A stretch of 64,000 bases of DNA, from NCBI GenBank assembly GCA_963845065.1, contig CAWJQQ010000006.1, positions 160,001 through 224,000 on the forward strand, read 5' to 3'. Both the position numbers and the translations under genes were made by a program. The stretch comes from Nitrospirota bacterium (lineage in GTDB: Bacteria > Nitrospirota > UBA9217). Shown piece after piece: positions 1 through 9,680 of this stretch; position 1 is the first letter of the stretch, and every line of letters starts with the position of its first letter. The notes beneath the pieces are model-generated. The model worked only from the letters and a program-made list of their open reading frames with translations, did no database searches and was not told the DNA's origin.

Positions 1-102
1 AACAAGTGATATAAACATCACCCCCATGAACGCCAGAATAACGATAATGAATATGGCAGCAATGATTGAGACGCCTCGTTGATTACAGCTAGTATGTACC
101 AT
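1..102 (-). CDS. Partial (5' end) MshP/PilX-like minor pilin, runs off the window
   Basis: Manual translation from ATG 102: MVHTSCNQRG|VSIIAAIFIIVILAFMGVMFISLV. Basic leader, Gly cleavage site, hydrophobic helix lacking Glu+5 (PilX/MshP trait). Follows the MshO-like gene; not in the ORF track. Confidence 0.7.
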   Translation of the reverse strand, partial: MVHTSCNQRGVSIIAAIFIIVILAFMGVMFISLV

Positions 103-123
103 TCCTTACCCCAGGTTTTGCAA

Positions 124-762
124 TTAAAAATTCATCGGGAACAAAGTGGTAAGCATTGTAACGCTTTGGGTGCCCTGCGTGGCGGTAAACTGAATTTGTA
201 TGAGCCAGAGATTGGAATTTACTGTCGTACTTACGCCGGTATTATCGAGATACGTAAAAATATTTCCACCCGGCGCTACTATGCCGGTTGCAAGTGTTTG
301 CCATGTAACCCCGCCGTCCTGAGAACGCTCGATATTGCCATTGCCTGCATTCAGCCTGAAACCTATCGAAGCATTATTGATATCGGTATATTGCAGCTGT
401 GATCTGTTGGTGAGTAAAGAGGTAATACTCGCCGGTGTCCTGATCAGCCTGATTTCTCTCACCATGCGTTCCATAGCGAGACTTGCCTGGTAGTGGACAT
501 TGCTGCGCTGGTCCTCTGTCGAATATTGCTCTACTCCCTGTAGAATGATCAGCGCCGCAAGTGTGCTCAATACTCCTAGGATCACTATTACAACGACCAT
601 CTCGATAAGAGTGAAGCCGAGGCAATTCTTTTTATTTTTTGCAGGGCAATGTTCCCATGTTGCCTGCTGCTCAATATGAATTACTCGTCCTGAAAAATTA
701 GATATGTCGCACTGAGTTATCATATGGACCAAACTATATAGCAAGCTTAATGCCGAACCCAC
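124..762 (-). CDS. Minor pilin, MshO/PilW-like (true start probably downstream of 762)
   Basis: Prepilin motif G|FTLIEMVVVIVILG followed by 'LAMERMVREIR' helix typical of PilW/MshO/GspJ class. Confidence 0.8.
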   Translation of the reverse strand: MGSALSLLYSLVHMITQCDISNFSGRVIHIEQQATWEHCPAKNKKNCLGFTLIEMVVVIVILGVLSTLAALIILQGVEQYSTEDQRSNVHYQASLAMERMVREIRLIRTPASITSLLTNRSQLQYTDINNASIGFRLNAGNGNIERSQDGGVTWQTLATGIVAPGGNIFTYLDNTGVSTTVNSNLWLIQIQFTATQGTQSVTMLTTLFPMNF

Positions 763-877
763 AGTACTGTCCCTTTCGTATAGTGAAACAATACTTCACT
801 GGAGTTTCCCCAGGGTGATAACCAGAAGCCAACAACTTTTTAAGAGTTTTGTCGCGCAACCTATTCAAGCAATACAG

Positions 878-1333
878 TCAATAATTCGTTATCAAGGAGA
901 CCAAACTCACACTACCGATTGTTGCTTGAGAAATCGTAACTGTTATACGTATATATTCCGTAATCGTAGGGGTAACTGGCGTAGTCAAGTCGCCTGGTTG
1001 GACGTAGTCGAATGTACGGGTGCAGGAAAAACCGGGCGGCATGGTCGATGCCGTAGCACAGGGTGACGGACTGGTTGGATCGAAGATGGGAGCAAAGAAG
1101 CCAATCAATGCCTTTTCCCCGATTATAAAATCCATTTCTCCCTGCGCTAATTGTGTCGCCTGATCGATAAGAAGTGGATTTGCACTACTCCTAATGCCGG
1201 TCGTAAAGGCCGAGAAAACACCGATCATTGCGATGGACAGTACTACGAGGGTGATGATGATCTCGATAAGGCTGAAACCGCCTGATTTTTTGTCTGCCTT
1301 CTGGCTTTTGTAGTCTGGCAATTGCGTTGTCAA
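878..1333 (-). CDS. Minor pilin, MshD/PilV-like
   Basis: G|FSLIEIIITLVVLSIA; 'QATQLAQGEMD'; C-terminal 'IRITVTI...SLITNY' typical of MshD/PilV class. Confidence 0.8.
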   Translation of the reverse strand: MTTQLPDYKSQKADKKSGGFSLIEIIITLVVLSIAMIGVFSAFTTGIRSSANPLLIDQATQLAQGEMDFIIGEKALIGFFAPIFDPTSPSPCATASTMPPGFSCTRTFDYVQPGDLTTPVTPTITEYIRITVTISQATIGSVSLVSLITNY

Positions 1334-1935
1334 TTTACCGCCCCGGTCTGTGCTGTAATGGTGACACCTCCGCTCGGGTTGACCGTAATCGTGATATTGC
1401 TTGCGCTAGCGGTCGTTATACAACTGCCCAGATTCCCGCTACAGTCGTAGGGACGACCGAGAGTATCGTACTCTACGCAGGCAGTTGTCGGCGTTACAGA
1501 AATATTTGCGAAAGATCCGGACATCAGCATAACGGTTAAGTTCCCGCTGCCACTTGGGTCTGATACGGATGCAAAAGAGCCGCAATTGTTCGTGCTGCTA
1601 CTATCGTAGGCTACCGCATAACCAGTGGCCGGAGCCGTCACACCCCCTCCGCCCGTCCCGTTGAAATAAACCCGAACGCGATCATTTCCTCTCATGGCCA
1701 GGCTTTGCGCGTAACGGATATCCGCGCGGAGTTTATCCGCGAATGATCCGGCCTTCATCGTAGTTACATTAGGCAGCATTGGTACCACAAACACTGAGAG
1801 AATGCCGATGAGCACGATAACCAGGACAAGTTCTAGGAGCGTGAAGCCTTTTTTTGATTTCGGGTTGAATATCGCAATACTCTCCGCGCTGTCCAGTCCA
1901 AGCTGCTTAGCTGATATCCTATGCACAATGCTCAT
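1330..1935 (-). CDS. Minor pilin, MshC/FimT(GspH)-like
   Basis: KKG|FTLLELVLVIVLIG; 'LRADIRYAQSLAM'; 'YDTLGRP'; C-terminal 'ITAQTGAV'. Start moved to ATG 1935 to avoid overlap with the transaldolase gene. Confidence 0.8.
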   Translation of the reverse strand: MSIVHRISAKQLGLDSAESIAIFNPKSKKGFTLLELVLVIVLIGILSVFVVPMLPNVTTMKAGSFADKLRADIRYAQSLAMRGNDRVRVYFNGTGGGGVTAPATGYAVAYDSSSTNNCGSFASVSDPSGSGNLTVMLMSGSFANISVTPTTACVEYDTLGRPYDCSGNLGSCITTASASNITITVNPSGGVTITAQTGAVN

Positions 1936-1972
1936 TTCTCTCTCGTCCGGCGCTAGCACGTCTTTTCTCACC

Positions 1973-2686
1973 TCACAATATAAAGCCAGCCTGACGTGCG
2001 TCATCATGAAACATCTTAACCGTGTCCAGTGAAAAATCCTCCAGATCGTATCCGACCAATGGCAGTTTTTTCAATATGTCGTGGGTCACTGTAATAACAT
2101 GACAGCCAACGGACTCAGCGTGGAATATATTCAACAGCTCCCGGGGGCTCGCCCAGATAAGCTCCGCCTTCGGGTTCGTTTTCATTAATTCGACGGCAGC
2201 AGCCATGATCGGCATGGGGTCGACCCCTGTATCCGCAATGCGTCCTGCGAACACCGAGATGTAACAGGGGGTGTGGGGAGAAATATTCTGCGTCACGAGC
2301 TTGATCTGATCGAGCGCCATAACCGCCGTTATGTTCAGTTTCACCTGCCGATGAGACAGTTTTTTTACCAAAGCATAAGACGGCTCGCGGCGTGTGTTGG
2401 TGACCGGGATCTTTACATATACCTGGTCCCCCCATCCGGCAATTTCCATGGCTTGCCGTTCCATCTCATGAAAATCGTCAGAGAGGACCTCAAAGGAAAT
2501 GGGACGATCAGGTATTGCCTGAAGAACATCCTTTGCGAAGGTACGATAGTCGGAAATCCCCGCTTTTTTCATCAGCGTCGGATTTGTCGTAAACCCCATT
2601 ATATAGGGTCGTTGATACATTTCGAACATCCCGGCCTTGTCCGCTCCATCAGCGAATATCTTCACTCGTAAATCGCTAATCCTCAT
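1973..2686 (-). CDS. Transaldolase family protein (small TalC/Fsa type; LmbR-like position in a sugar-nucleotide cluster)
   Basis: Motifs FAD, GFTTNPTL, ISFEV, YVKIP (Schiff-base Lys), SVFAGRIAD. Confidence 0.9.
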   Translation of the reverse strand: MRISDLRVKIFADGADKAGMFEMYQRPYIMGFTTNPTLMKKAGISDYRTFAKDVLQAIPDRPISFEVLSDDFHEMERQAMEIAGWGDQVYVKIPVTNTRREPSYALVKKLSHRQVKLNITAVMALDQIKLVTQNISPHTPCYISVFAGRIADTGVDPMPIMAAAVELMKTNPKAELIWASPRELLNIFHAESVGCHVITVTHDILKKLPLVGYDLEDFSLDTVKMFHDDARQAGFIL

Positions 2687-3242
2687 TCTTGTGCCTTTCG
2701 TTCCGCAAAATCCAGTCAGCAGCTTCAGCGAGCGATGTCACCTTCGCGTGGAAGCGCCGTGGTTGGGGTTCCTGATAATTGTGATCGATGAAGATGGTGA
2801 TGCTCCCTGCGCCTTCTCCTGCTTCCATATCTCGCCATCTGTCGCCGACGATATACGAGGATGCCAGGTCAAGCCGCCATGCGCGAGCAGCATCGAGGAG
2901 TAGTCCCGGCAAGGGTTTTCTGCATTGACAACGGTCTGAGTTATCATGGTAGCAAACGCGGACTTCATCAAGCGGTAGCTTCGCCATGATCTCCGCATTG
3001 ATCGCCTCCACGACTTCCCGGGACTGACTGCCGCGCGCCACATCCGGCTGATTCGTGACGACAATAAGCGGGAATCCCGCGTCGCGAAGGCGGCAGAGAG
3101 CTTCTCGGACACCGGGGAGAATTTCCAGATCCGACGCGCTTGACGGTGGATGGGGCTTTCCCTCCCGCAGGATCGCGCGGTTTAAAACGCCGTCCCGGTC
3201 CAGGAAGACAGCTCGGTTTTTTATTACACGCTTGCTTCCCAT
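2676..3242 (-). CDS. HAD-IIIA sugar bisphosphate phosphatase (GmhB/LmbK-like)
   Basis: FLDRDGVLN, VTNQ, CYH...CQCRKPLPG, VGDRWRD. Confidence 0.9.
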   Translation of the reverse strand: MGSKRVIKNRAVFLDRDGVLNRAILREGKPHPPSSASDLEILPGVREALCRLRDAGFPLIVVTNQPDVARGSQSREVVEAINAEIMAKLPLDEVRVCYHDNSDRCQCRKPLPGLLLDAARAWRLDLASSYIVGDRWRDMEAGEGAGSITIFIDHNYQEPQPRRFHAKVTSLAEAADWILRNERHKNED

Positions 3243-3820
3243 TTGGTTTGCTTAGCCTTTAGCAGAGGGTGCGAAACCAGTAAATGCCAGATGACAGATT
3301 GAAACGCCTCTGTGTGAGGCGTCACAGTTTCGGAATTGACGATGGGTATGATGACACATGCGTCCGCCACCTGCGCAGTGTACCCACCGTCGCGTCCAAC
3401 TACGCCGACCACCTGTGCGCCGACATCTTTTGCGTACTTTAGCGCCATCACAAGGTTAGGACTGATGTTTTTTTCAAGACTGCCGCCGCCCACGGAAAAA
3501 ACGAACACCGCGTCTTTTTCCTGGATACGGCTGGTCCTCAGCCATTCTACGAAGACTGTGGCCCACCCCTCATCATTCGTTCGCGCCGTCAACTCGGAAA
3601 CATTATCGGTGGGCGCATATGCTTCTATGCCGACAATTTTGCGGAAATCATTTACTGCGTGGGAACAGTTCCCCGCTCCGCCGCCAACGCCGAGAAAAAA
3701 CAACCGGCCCTTGCGGGCGCGTAGGTCGGCGAGTACCTCCGCCATTTTTTCAATCTCCCGCGTTTTCAACATGGACAGGATTTTACCCGCTTCGGCCAGA
3801 TGTTGCTCTGAATAATTCAT
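3224..3820 (-). CDS. SIS-domain sugar phosphate isomerase (GmhA/LmbN-like)
   Basis: GVGGGAGNCSHAVNDF, TARTNDEGW, GRDGG, HTEAFQ; a GmhA-like fold with non-canonical motifs. Confidence 0.85.
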   Translation of the reverse strand: MNYSEQHLAEAGKILSMLKTREIEKMAEVLADLRARKGRLFFLGVGGGAGNCSHAVNDFRKIVGIEAYAPTDNVSELTARTNDEGWATVFVEWLRTSRIQEKDAVFVFSVGGGSLEKNISPNLVMALKYAKDVGAQVVGVVGRDGGYTAQVADACVIIPIVNSETVTPHTEAFQSVIWHLLVSHPLLKAKQTKWEASV

Positions 3821-4527
3821 TCTGTCCGCTCCCTGTCCCTGAAATATCGCCGCGTCTCTTCCAACCCCACAGGCGAGCCGATTTCATAGAAACGCTGTAT
3901 AACCTCGAACCCTGCCAATTCATTCCTTCGAAGCAATTCCTGATAGACATCTGCAAGATCGACCACCATGTGCGATGGATAATCCTCGAATACCCGGGCA
4001 GAGAACGCGCCGAACCCGTAATCGATATGCTGCATTTCAGGAACGGTATTTTGCTTATCATAGAGGCAAATCTTACCTTCCTGTAAAAGGACGTTGCTCC
4101 TATCCCACTGGTTGTTGTTGTGTAACACGGTCATCAGTCCCAACTTACCGCTGGCCAGAAAAGTATGCTCGATTGCGGCATAGTCGCAGTCCAGATAGGT
4201 GTCTCCATAAAGCACAAAAAATCGATCACCGAGGATGTGTAGCGCATTTCGTACCGCTCCACCCGTGCCCAGGAGCTTCACCCCGTCTGAGACATAAGCA
4301 ATATCCATTCCCCATTGACTACCGTCCCGTACTGCATCCCGCACCATATCTCCGAGATAACCGACACAGAGCACTGCGCGTTTCAAACCATGTTGGCGCA
4401 ACAGTTCCAGTTGCCGCACGACAAACGGCTTACCCGCCACATCGATTAGCGCCTTGGGTATCTGTTCAGTGATGGGCCGAAGGCGGGTTGCCAGTCCGCC
4501 CGCCAGAATAGCAACGGGCAACGTCAT
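3817..4527 (-). CDS. Sugar-1-phosphate nucleotidyltransferase (HddC/LmbO-like)
   Basis: ILAGGLATRLRP...PKAL, LGTGGA, LYGD, EIGSP. Confidence 0.9.
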   Translation of the reverse strand: MTLPVAILAGGLATRLRPITEQIPKALIDVAGKPFVVRQLELLRQHGLKRAVLCVGYLGDMVRDAVRDGSQWGMDIAYVSDGVKLLGTGGAVRNALHILGDRFFVLYGDTYLDCDYAAIEHTFLASGKLGLMTVLHNNNQWDRSNVLLQEGKICLYDKQNTVPEMQHIDYGFGAFSARVFEDYPSHMVVDLADVYQELLRRNELAGFEVIQRFYEIGSPVGLEETRRYFRDRERTE

Positions 4528-5504
4528 CCTAAAATTACCTTTGTGCCTTCGAAATCGAACCGAAAACGTACCTCTTCAAGGCCCGCTCGAGACATGGTGC
4601 GGCGCAGACGCACGCGGTCCTCGGCATAAAACAGAAGGAACCCTCCGCCACCTGCGCCCACCAGTTTACCGCCTACCGCCCCATTTTCAATGCCGAGATT
4701 GTACCATTCATCGATGTTAGCATTGCTCATGCCGCTGGAACGTTTTTTCTTATTGAGCCAGTGTTCATGCATCAACTCACCGAAGAGCAAAGTATTTCCG
4801 GCCTCTAGCGCCTCTTTACTCCGTGTACCGAGGTCCTTTATATAATGCAGGTTATGAAGCATGTCCCCGTCCGATTGTTTCGTGCGGACGTCCTGATCCT
4901 GCAGGATGCTTCCAGCGCTACGGGAAAACCCGGTGAAGAACAGGAGTAGATTGTCCTCAAGGTCAAATAGCGTATCCGTGCTGAGCTGCAAGGGCATGGC
5001 GTCCACAGTCTCATCTGGCTGGAACGTAAAACACGTGATTCCTCCATATGCTGCTATATATTGATCCTGTTTGCCAACAGGCTCCTTAAGCCGGTCGATT
5101 TCGATGGCACAGGCCAATTGCGCCAGATCGCTGGGGTGCAGCAACCTCCGCTCGTGGGCATACAACGCTTTGAGGAGTGCAGTTGTAAAACTTCCAGAAG
5201 AACCCAGCCCCGTGCGGGACGGTATATCGGCGAGGGTCGTTATCTCGACCTGGGGACGCTTGAAATCCATAATCTGAAGTGCTTCCCGAATGATCGGATG
5301 CAGGACCTCTTCTGTACGATCGACATGCTCGAGTTTCGAATATTTAAGGAAGATACCGGGCGTAAATGGCCGCATTACCGTAACAAAAACATATTTATCT
5401 ATCGCCGCCGAGATCAGAAACCCGCCGTGATCACGATAGTAGGACGGCAAGTCGGTGCCTCCCCCACCAAGAGTTATGCGCAACGGGCTACGCGTTATGA
5501 TCAT
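4524..5504 (-). CDS. GHMP sugar kinase (HddA/LmbP-like)
   Basis: Start ATG 5504 (MIITRSPLRITLGGGGTDLP); PSRTGLGSSG; GKQDQY; GGKLVGAGGGG. Confidence 0.9.
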   Translation of the reverse strand: MIITRSPLRITLGGGGTDLPSYYRDHGGFLISAAIDKYVFVTVMRPFTPGIFLKYSKLEHVDRTEEVLHPIIREALQIMDFKRPQVEITTLADIPSRTGLGSSGSFTTALLKALYAHERRLLHPSDLAQLACAIEIDRLKEPVGKQDQYIAAYGGITCFTFQPDETVDAMPLQLSTDTLFDLEDNLLLFFTGFSRSAGSILQDQDVRTKQSDGDMLHNLHYIKDLGTRSKEALEAGNTLLFGELMHEHWLNKKKRSSGMSNANIDEWYNLGIENGAVGGKLVGAGGGGFLLFYAEDRVRLRRTMSRAGLEEVRFRFDFEGTKVILG

Positions 5505-6486
5505 ACCCAGACTCCTGGTAAATTTTCTCGACAATGCTGAGCGCGGCATTCGCGTCGGAAAGGCCCACGGATGGCTGCCTGTTCAGTCGGATATCTTCAA
5601 GAAATTCCGTGAACTCTCTGGCCCACGATTCATCTCCACCTGGAAATTCCCATATTATGGTCTCGGGCGGGCCCATCTGCGGAAGCATTTTGTAGTAGGT
5701 CAGTCTCTCCACACCATAGCTGCCACCCAGACCGTCTATCTGAAGCTTAGCCTTATTGCCATAGATTTCAAAAGAAAACAGATTTTTCCACTCCGTACAG
5801 CTTACGTGCAGAAATGCGGTTTGCTGCTTCGCTGTTTTAAGCAGCATGAAACCGTTATCATCAACCGGCATATTCCAAAAATAGGTATGGGCAAACCCGC
5901 ATACCTCGGTGAATTCTCCAAGAAACACACGAGCGAGGTCAATAAGATGTACGCCCTGATCTATCAGTTCTCCCCCGCCGGAGAGATGCGGATTCGCCCG
6001 CCACTCTCTCTCATAGCCTTTGCGGCCTCCGTGGCCATAGCGGCCGCGAACGAACATCATCTTTCCCAAAGCGCCCTCGCGATAGAGTTGGAACGCCTTG
6101 AGCATAGCCGCATGAAAGCGGTGGTTGAATCCCACCCTGACCAGAACGCGGGCTCTTCCTGCCTCCTCCATTACGGGAACCAATTCACGCGGGGCCCGTG
6201 CGGCCGGTTTTTCAACCAGAACGTGCTTGCCTGCTTTCAAGGCTGCCATTGTTATCTCAGGCGCTACATCGACGGTCGTCGCCACAATGACAATATCCAC
6301 TTCCGAAAGCTCCATGACGGTACGCCAGTCGGTATGGGTAATAACGCCCGGAGCCATGTCAGCAAGATCCCGGGTACGAGATAACACTATGTCAGAACAC
6401 GCAACCAGCCGCGCCGGACCCAGGGCTTTTGCCCGTTTCTTGCCGATTAACCCGCACCCGATTATCGCCACTCCCGGCTGTTTCAT
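5488..6486 (-). CDS. Gfo/Idh/MocA family oxidoreductase (LmbZ-like)
   Basis: IIGCGLIG, HVLVEKP, VGFNHRF, GGGELIDQGVHLID; ATG 6486 overlaps the SDR stop (ATGA). Confidence 0.9.
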   Translation of the reverse strand: MKQPGVAIIGCGLIGKKRAKALGPARLVACSDIVLSRTRDLADMAPGVITHTDWRTVMELSEVDIVIVATTVDVAPEITMAALKAGKHVLVEKPAARAPRELVPVMEEAGRARVLVRVGFNHRFHAAMLKAFQLYREGALGKMMFVRGRYGHGGRKGYEREWRANPHLSGGGELIDQGVHLIDLARVFLGEFTEVCGFAHTYFWNMPVDDNGFMLLKTAKQQTAFLHVSCTEWKNLFSFEIYGNKAKLQIDGLGGSYGVERLTYYKMLPQMGPPETIIWEFPGGDESWAREFTEFLEDIRLNRQPSVGLSDANAALSIVEKIYQESGYDHNA

Positions 6487-7358
6487 TCCTTGCTCCCCCA
6501 TTGCAGCCCTCGGTCCTTCGGTACAATGCGGCGCAAGGTATAAATATCTAATTTGCGCAGTTCGTTAATGTGGGAAGGCAATTCCTCCCAAGGGTCCCAA
6601 AGCGCGCTGATCAGCCTACCGGTGATACCGTCGCTGGCCGACGACGCCAGAAAGACTGCGAGTTCTGCTCCTTTTTCGAGAGGCGCGCCTCCGCTAGCCC
6701 GCTGTTTGATGGATCTGTCGTAAAAATCTTTCCCCACTTTCTCCGGCCCGGCCTGGATGATCTCTTCCAGCAAGCGCGTATTCAGCGCGCCCGGAGCAAT
6801 GGCATTGACGTCAATATGCTGGTCACGAACTTCTTCCGCCAGCGTTTCCGCAAACCGCACGACCCCTGCCTTCGATGCCGCATATGCACTGATACGGGGC
6901 AATGGGTTTGTAGCGCCGCCGCCCGATAACTGCACGATCTTTCCGTAAATATTTTTCTTAAAATGCGGTAAAACCGCCCGCGCCATGAGCACGGACCCAA
7001 GCAGGTTGATCTCAATAGCCTTGGCCCAGTCAGCCCACTCAATGTCTTCAATGCAACCCTTCGGGCCGTATATTCCCGCATTGTTGACCAGAATGTGAAG
7101 CTGCGGAAATACGGAGAGCGTCTTTACAACAAGCCTTTCCACTTCAACAGGAGAGGACACATCCATAGCATAAGCTAACACCATTTGTCCGGAACCGGCA
7201 TGTGCAGCGACCTCTTCTCGCGCCTGCGCCAACTTTGCGGCGTTCCTCGCGCATAGCATGACGCTCGCGCCGGCTTTTACGTATGAATGGGCAATTGCCA
7301 ACCCAAAGCCTTGGTTAGCTCCGGTGATCAGCGCCGTACGTCCTTTCAGGTCATACAT
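6483..7358 (-). CDS. Short-chain dehydrogenase/reductase (SDR)
   Basis: TGANQGFG, NNAG, YAASK, NAIAPG. Confidence 0.9.
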   Translation of the reverse strand: MYDLKGRTALITGANQGFGLAIAHSYVKAGASVMLCARNAAKLAQAREEVAAHAGSGQMVLAYAMDVSSPVEVERLVVKTLSVFPQLHILVNNAGIYGPKGCIEDIEWADWAKAIEINLLGSVLMARAVLPHFKKNIYGKIVQLSGGGATNPLPRISAYAASKAGVVRFAETLAEEVRDQHIDVNAIAPGALNTRLLEEIIQAGPEKVGKDFYDRSIKQRASGGAPLEKGAELAVFLASSASDGITGRLISALWDPWEELPSHINELRKLDIYTLRRIVPKDRGLQWGSKE

Positions 7359-7366
7359 ATAATCCG

Positions 7367-8674
7367 TTATTCCCCCCTTTGATGCAGATAGCCGACCGAG
7401 CTATAACGTATACGAGGGTCATTGCCGAGCATCTTTCCCAAGAACCGGTTTGGGTCGATCACGAGCGGCTCGGCCATAACTGACACCAGTTCATCGGCAC
7501 TTACGGCCTGGTATTCCGGCCAATCCGTCCCCAGAACCACGGCCGAGGCCCCAGATGCCGCAGCCAAATACGAATCGCATTGGTTCATTTCCCCTGCCAG
7601 ATCGGCCGGGAGGGTCTTTACCGCCGGATCGTGTACCGAGACTCGGGCACCTTGACTGATGAGCCAAGTCGCTAACTCTACAGGGCCAGAACGGCGGAGC
7701 GTGTCGGTCCCTGGCTTATAGGTGAGGCCCCAAAGAGCGATACGCACTCCTGCCAGCGACCCCAAAAGCGATTCCAACATTCGCCGGATCCACTGCCGGT
7801 GAATATCATTACTCTTCTTCACGGACGAAAGCAAATGAGTAGTCAAACCATGCCTTGCCGCCAACTCATTCAGAAAACCGACATCACGTGCGAGAGTGCC
7901 GCCTGTAAATGCTACTCCCGGTGCCACATACGCTTTCGGCCCGATCCGCTCCTCGCTCTTGAGTCCCCGTTCGACGTCTTTCGCATCCGCTCCAACTTGC
8001 TCGCAGAGCGCAGCAACCTCATTGGCAAAAGTGATCGATATCGCAAGAAAAGCGTTCAGCGCGTGCTTGGTCATTTCCGCCGATTCGACCGACATCCATT
8101 CGATCCTCTCCGTGAATGGGCTAAAGAGTTCGCGTAAGCGCCCCCGATCGATATTTGAACGCACACCAACGACTACTCGATCGGGCTTTGAAAAAACAGC
8201 TAACGCCTTTCCCAATCGAAGGTTTTCGGGCGAGTAGGCGAAGGAGACATCCCTGCCTGGGCAGGCCAGAGCAAAAGCCCGCTCGAGACGACGTGTGGTC
8301 CCGACGGGTAGTTGTGACGAGATCAAGACCAGCATGCCGTCCCTAAGGTAGGGATAGATCCTCTCCACCCGTTCCACCACGAATTCCACGTCTGCCCGGT
8401 CTTGATCGTCGACGGGCGTATCATAGGCGACCCACAAGACATCGGATCTCTGCAGTGCAGTAGCGATATCATTGGTGAACCCGAGTCGGTGCTCCTTCAC
8501 CCCTCGCTGTATCAGACCTTCAAGCCCCGGCTCGAACAACGGCGGTTGTCCAGCCAGAAGACGGCTTACCGGCTCATCGTCAAAATCGAATCCGACCACC
8601 TCATGCCCTCCGGCAGCAAGGCATGCCGCTGTCACGCTCCCGAGATGCCAGAGTCCCAGGACGCACACTTTCAT
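7367..8674 (-). CDS. UDP-glucose/GDP-mannose dehydrogenase family protein lacking the catalytic Cys (LmbL-like)
   Basis: GLWHLG Rossmann motif, YSPENLRLG, AEMTKHALN, GLTYKPGTDTLR; 'GGTLARD' where UGDH has GGSCxxKD. Confidence 0.85.
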   Translation of the reverse strand: MKVCVLGLWHLGSVTAACLAAGGHEVVGFDFDDEPVSRLLAGQPPLFEPGLEGLIQRGVKEHRLGFTNDIATALQRSDVLWVAYDTPVDDQDRADVEFVVERVERIYPYLRDGMLVLISSQLPVGTTRRLERAFALACPGRDVSFAYSPENLRLGKALAVFSKPDRVVVGVRSNIDRGRLRELFSPFTERIEWMSVESAEMTKHALNAFLAISITFANEVAALCEQVGADAKDVERGLKSEERIGPKAYVAPGVAFTGGTLARDVGFLNELAARHGLTTHLLSSVKKSNDIHRQWIRRMLESLLGSLAGVRIALWGLTYKPGTDTLRRSGPVELATWLISQGARVSVHDPAVKTLPADLAGEMNQCDSYLAAASGASAVVLGTDWPEYQAVSADELVSVMAEPLVIDPNRFLGKMLGNDPRIRYSSVGYLHQRGE

Positions 8675-9627
8675 ACGCGGCCCTCAAGAACCCAGGCGTT
8701 CGCTTTCAAATACTCAAGCGTTCTGATGACTGCTTCACGGATGGACAGCTTCGGCTGCCATCCCAGCGAGCGCATCTTCGAACAATCGAGATAGATAAAG
8801 GGACTGTCGCCTATCCATCCTCGTTCACCACCTGCATAGATGAGCTTTGGCTCGAGACCGAGATGTTCGGTGATCCATCGGATTGAGTCGTTCACCTCGC
8901 AGTACTCGTCCGTGCCGAGGTTGTATATGTTAACCTTGTCCCGCCCCTTCTCGACCGCAAGCAACATTGCTTCAATGCAATCCTGAACAAAGAGGTAGGA
9001 TTTCCGCTGTCTGCCGTTACCTAGAATATACAGTTCGTCCGGGTTATCGCTCAGTCGCTTGTAAAAATCGAAGACATGGCCGTGCGTATACCTTTCTCCG
9101 AGAATCGAAACAAGGCGGAAAATCCAGCCCTGCAAACCGAAACCTTCACAATAAGCCTGGATGAGACCCTCGCCCGCAAGTTTTGAAGCGCCATAGAGGG
9201 AGGTCTGGACAGGGAACGGAGCGTCTTCCGGGGTCGGAAATATTTTTGGGTCCCCATAGATCGAACCCGTTGAAGGAAACACAATGCGCTGGATTTTATT
9301 AAGCCGCATCACCTCCAGGACATTGAACGTCGCTATCGTGTTCTGCTCGAGGTCCTTGCGCGGATGATCGGTGCCGAATCGGACGTCGGCGTTTGCGGAG
9401 AGATGAAAAATAATATCAGAGCCCTGCATTGCCCTGCTAAGTCCGTCGAGATCAAGCATGTCTCCGCGCACAAGCGTGAACGACGGGAAACGCAGTGCTG
9501 CTTCCAAGAACCGCATCTGCCCCGTGGAAAAATTGTCGTACCCGGTTACCGCGTGTCCGTCATGCAGCAAGCGGTCGGCAAGATTGCTGCCGATGAACCC
9601 CCCGCAACCGGAGATAAAAGCCCGCAT
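8671..9627 (-). CDS. NAD-dependent epimerase/dehydratase (LmbM-like)
   Basis: SGCGGFIGS, STGSIYG, YGASK; start placed at ATG 9627 after a purine-rich RBS. Confidence 0.9.
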   Translation of the reverse strand: MRAFISGCGGFIGSNLADRLLHDGHAVTGYDNFSTGQMRFLEAALRFPSFTLVRGDMLDLDGLSRAMQGSDIIFHLSANADVRFGTDHPRKDLEQNTIATFNVLEVMRLNKIQRIVFPSTGSIYGDPKIFPTPEDAPFPVQTSLYGASKLAGEGLIQAYCEGFGLQGWIFRLVSILGERYTHGHVFDFYKRLSDNPDELYILGNGRQRKSYLFVQDCIEAMLLAVEKGRDKVNIYNLGTDEYCEVNDSIRWITEHLGLEPKLIYAGGERGWIGDSPFIYLDCSKMRSLGWQPKLSIREAVIRTLEYLKANAWVLEGRV

Positions 9628-9680
9628 CCCCTCTCGTCCTCCGCTCGTAAGACTGTCCCTGAACCGAAACAAAAATTATA

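Noticed and set aside
2676..5504. Calling the cluster ordinary LPS-core heptose synthesis (gmhA/gmhB/hldE)
   Set aside because: The kinase and nucleotidyltransferase are GHMP/HddC types rather than HldE, and the extra transaldolase and redox genes are unexplained. A GDP-heptose product remains a live alternative, so no gene symbols were assigned.
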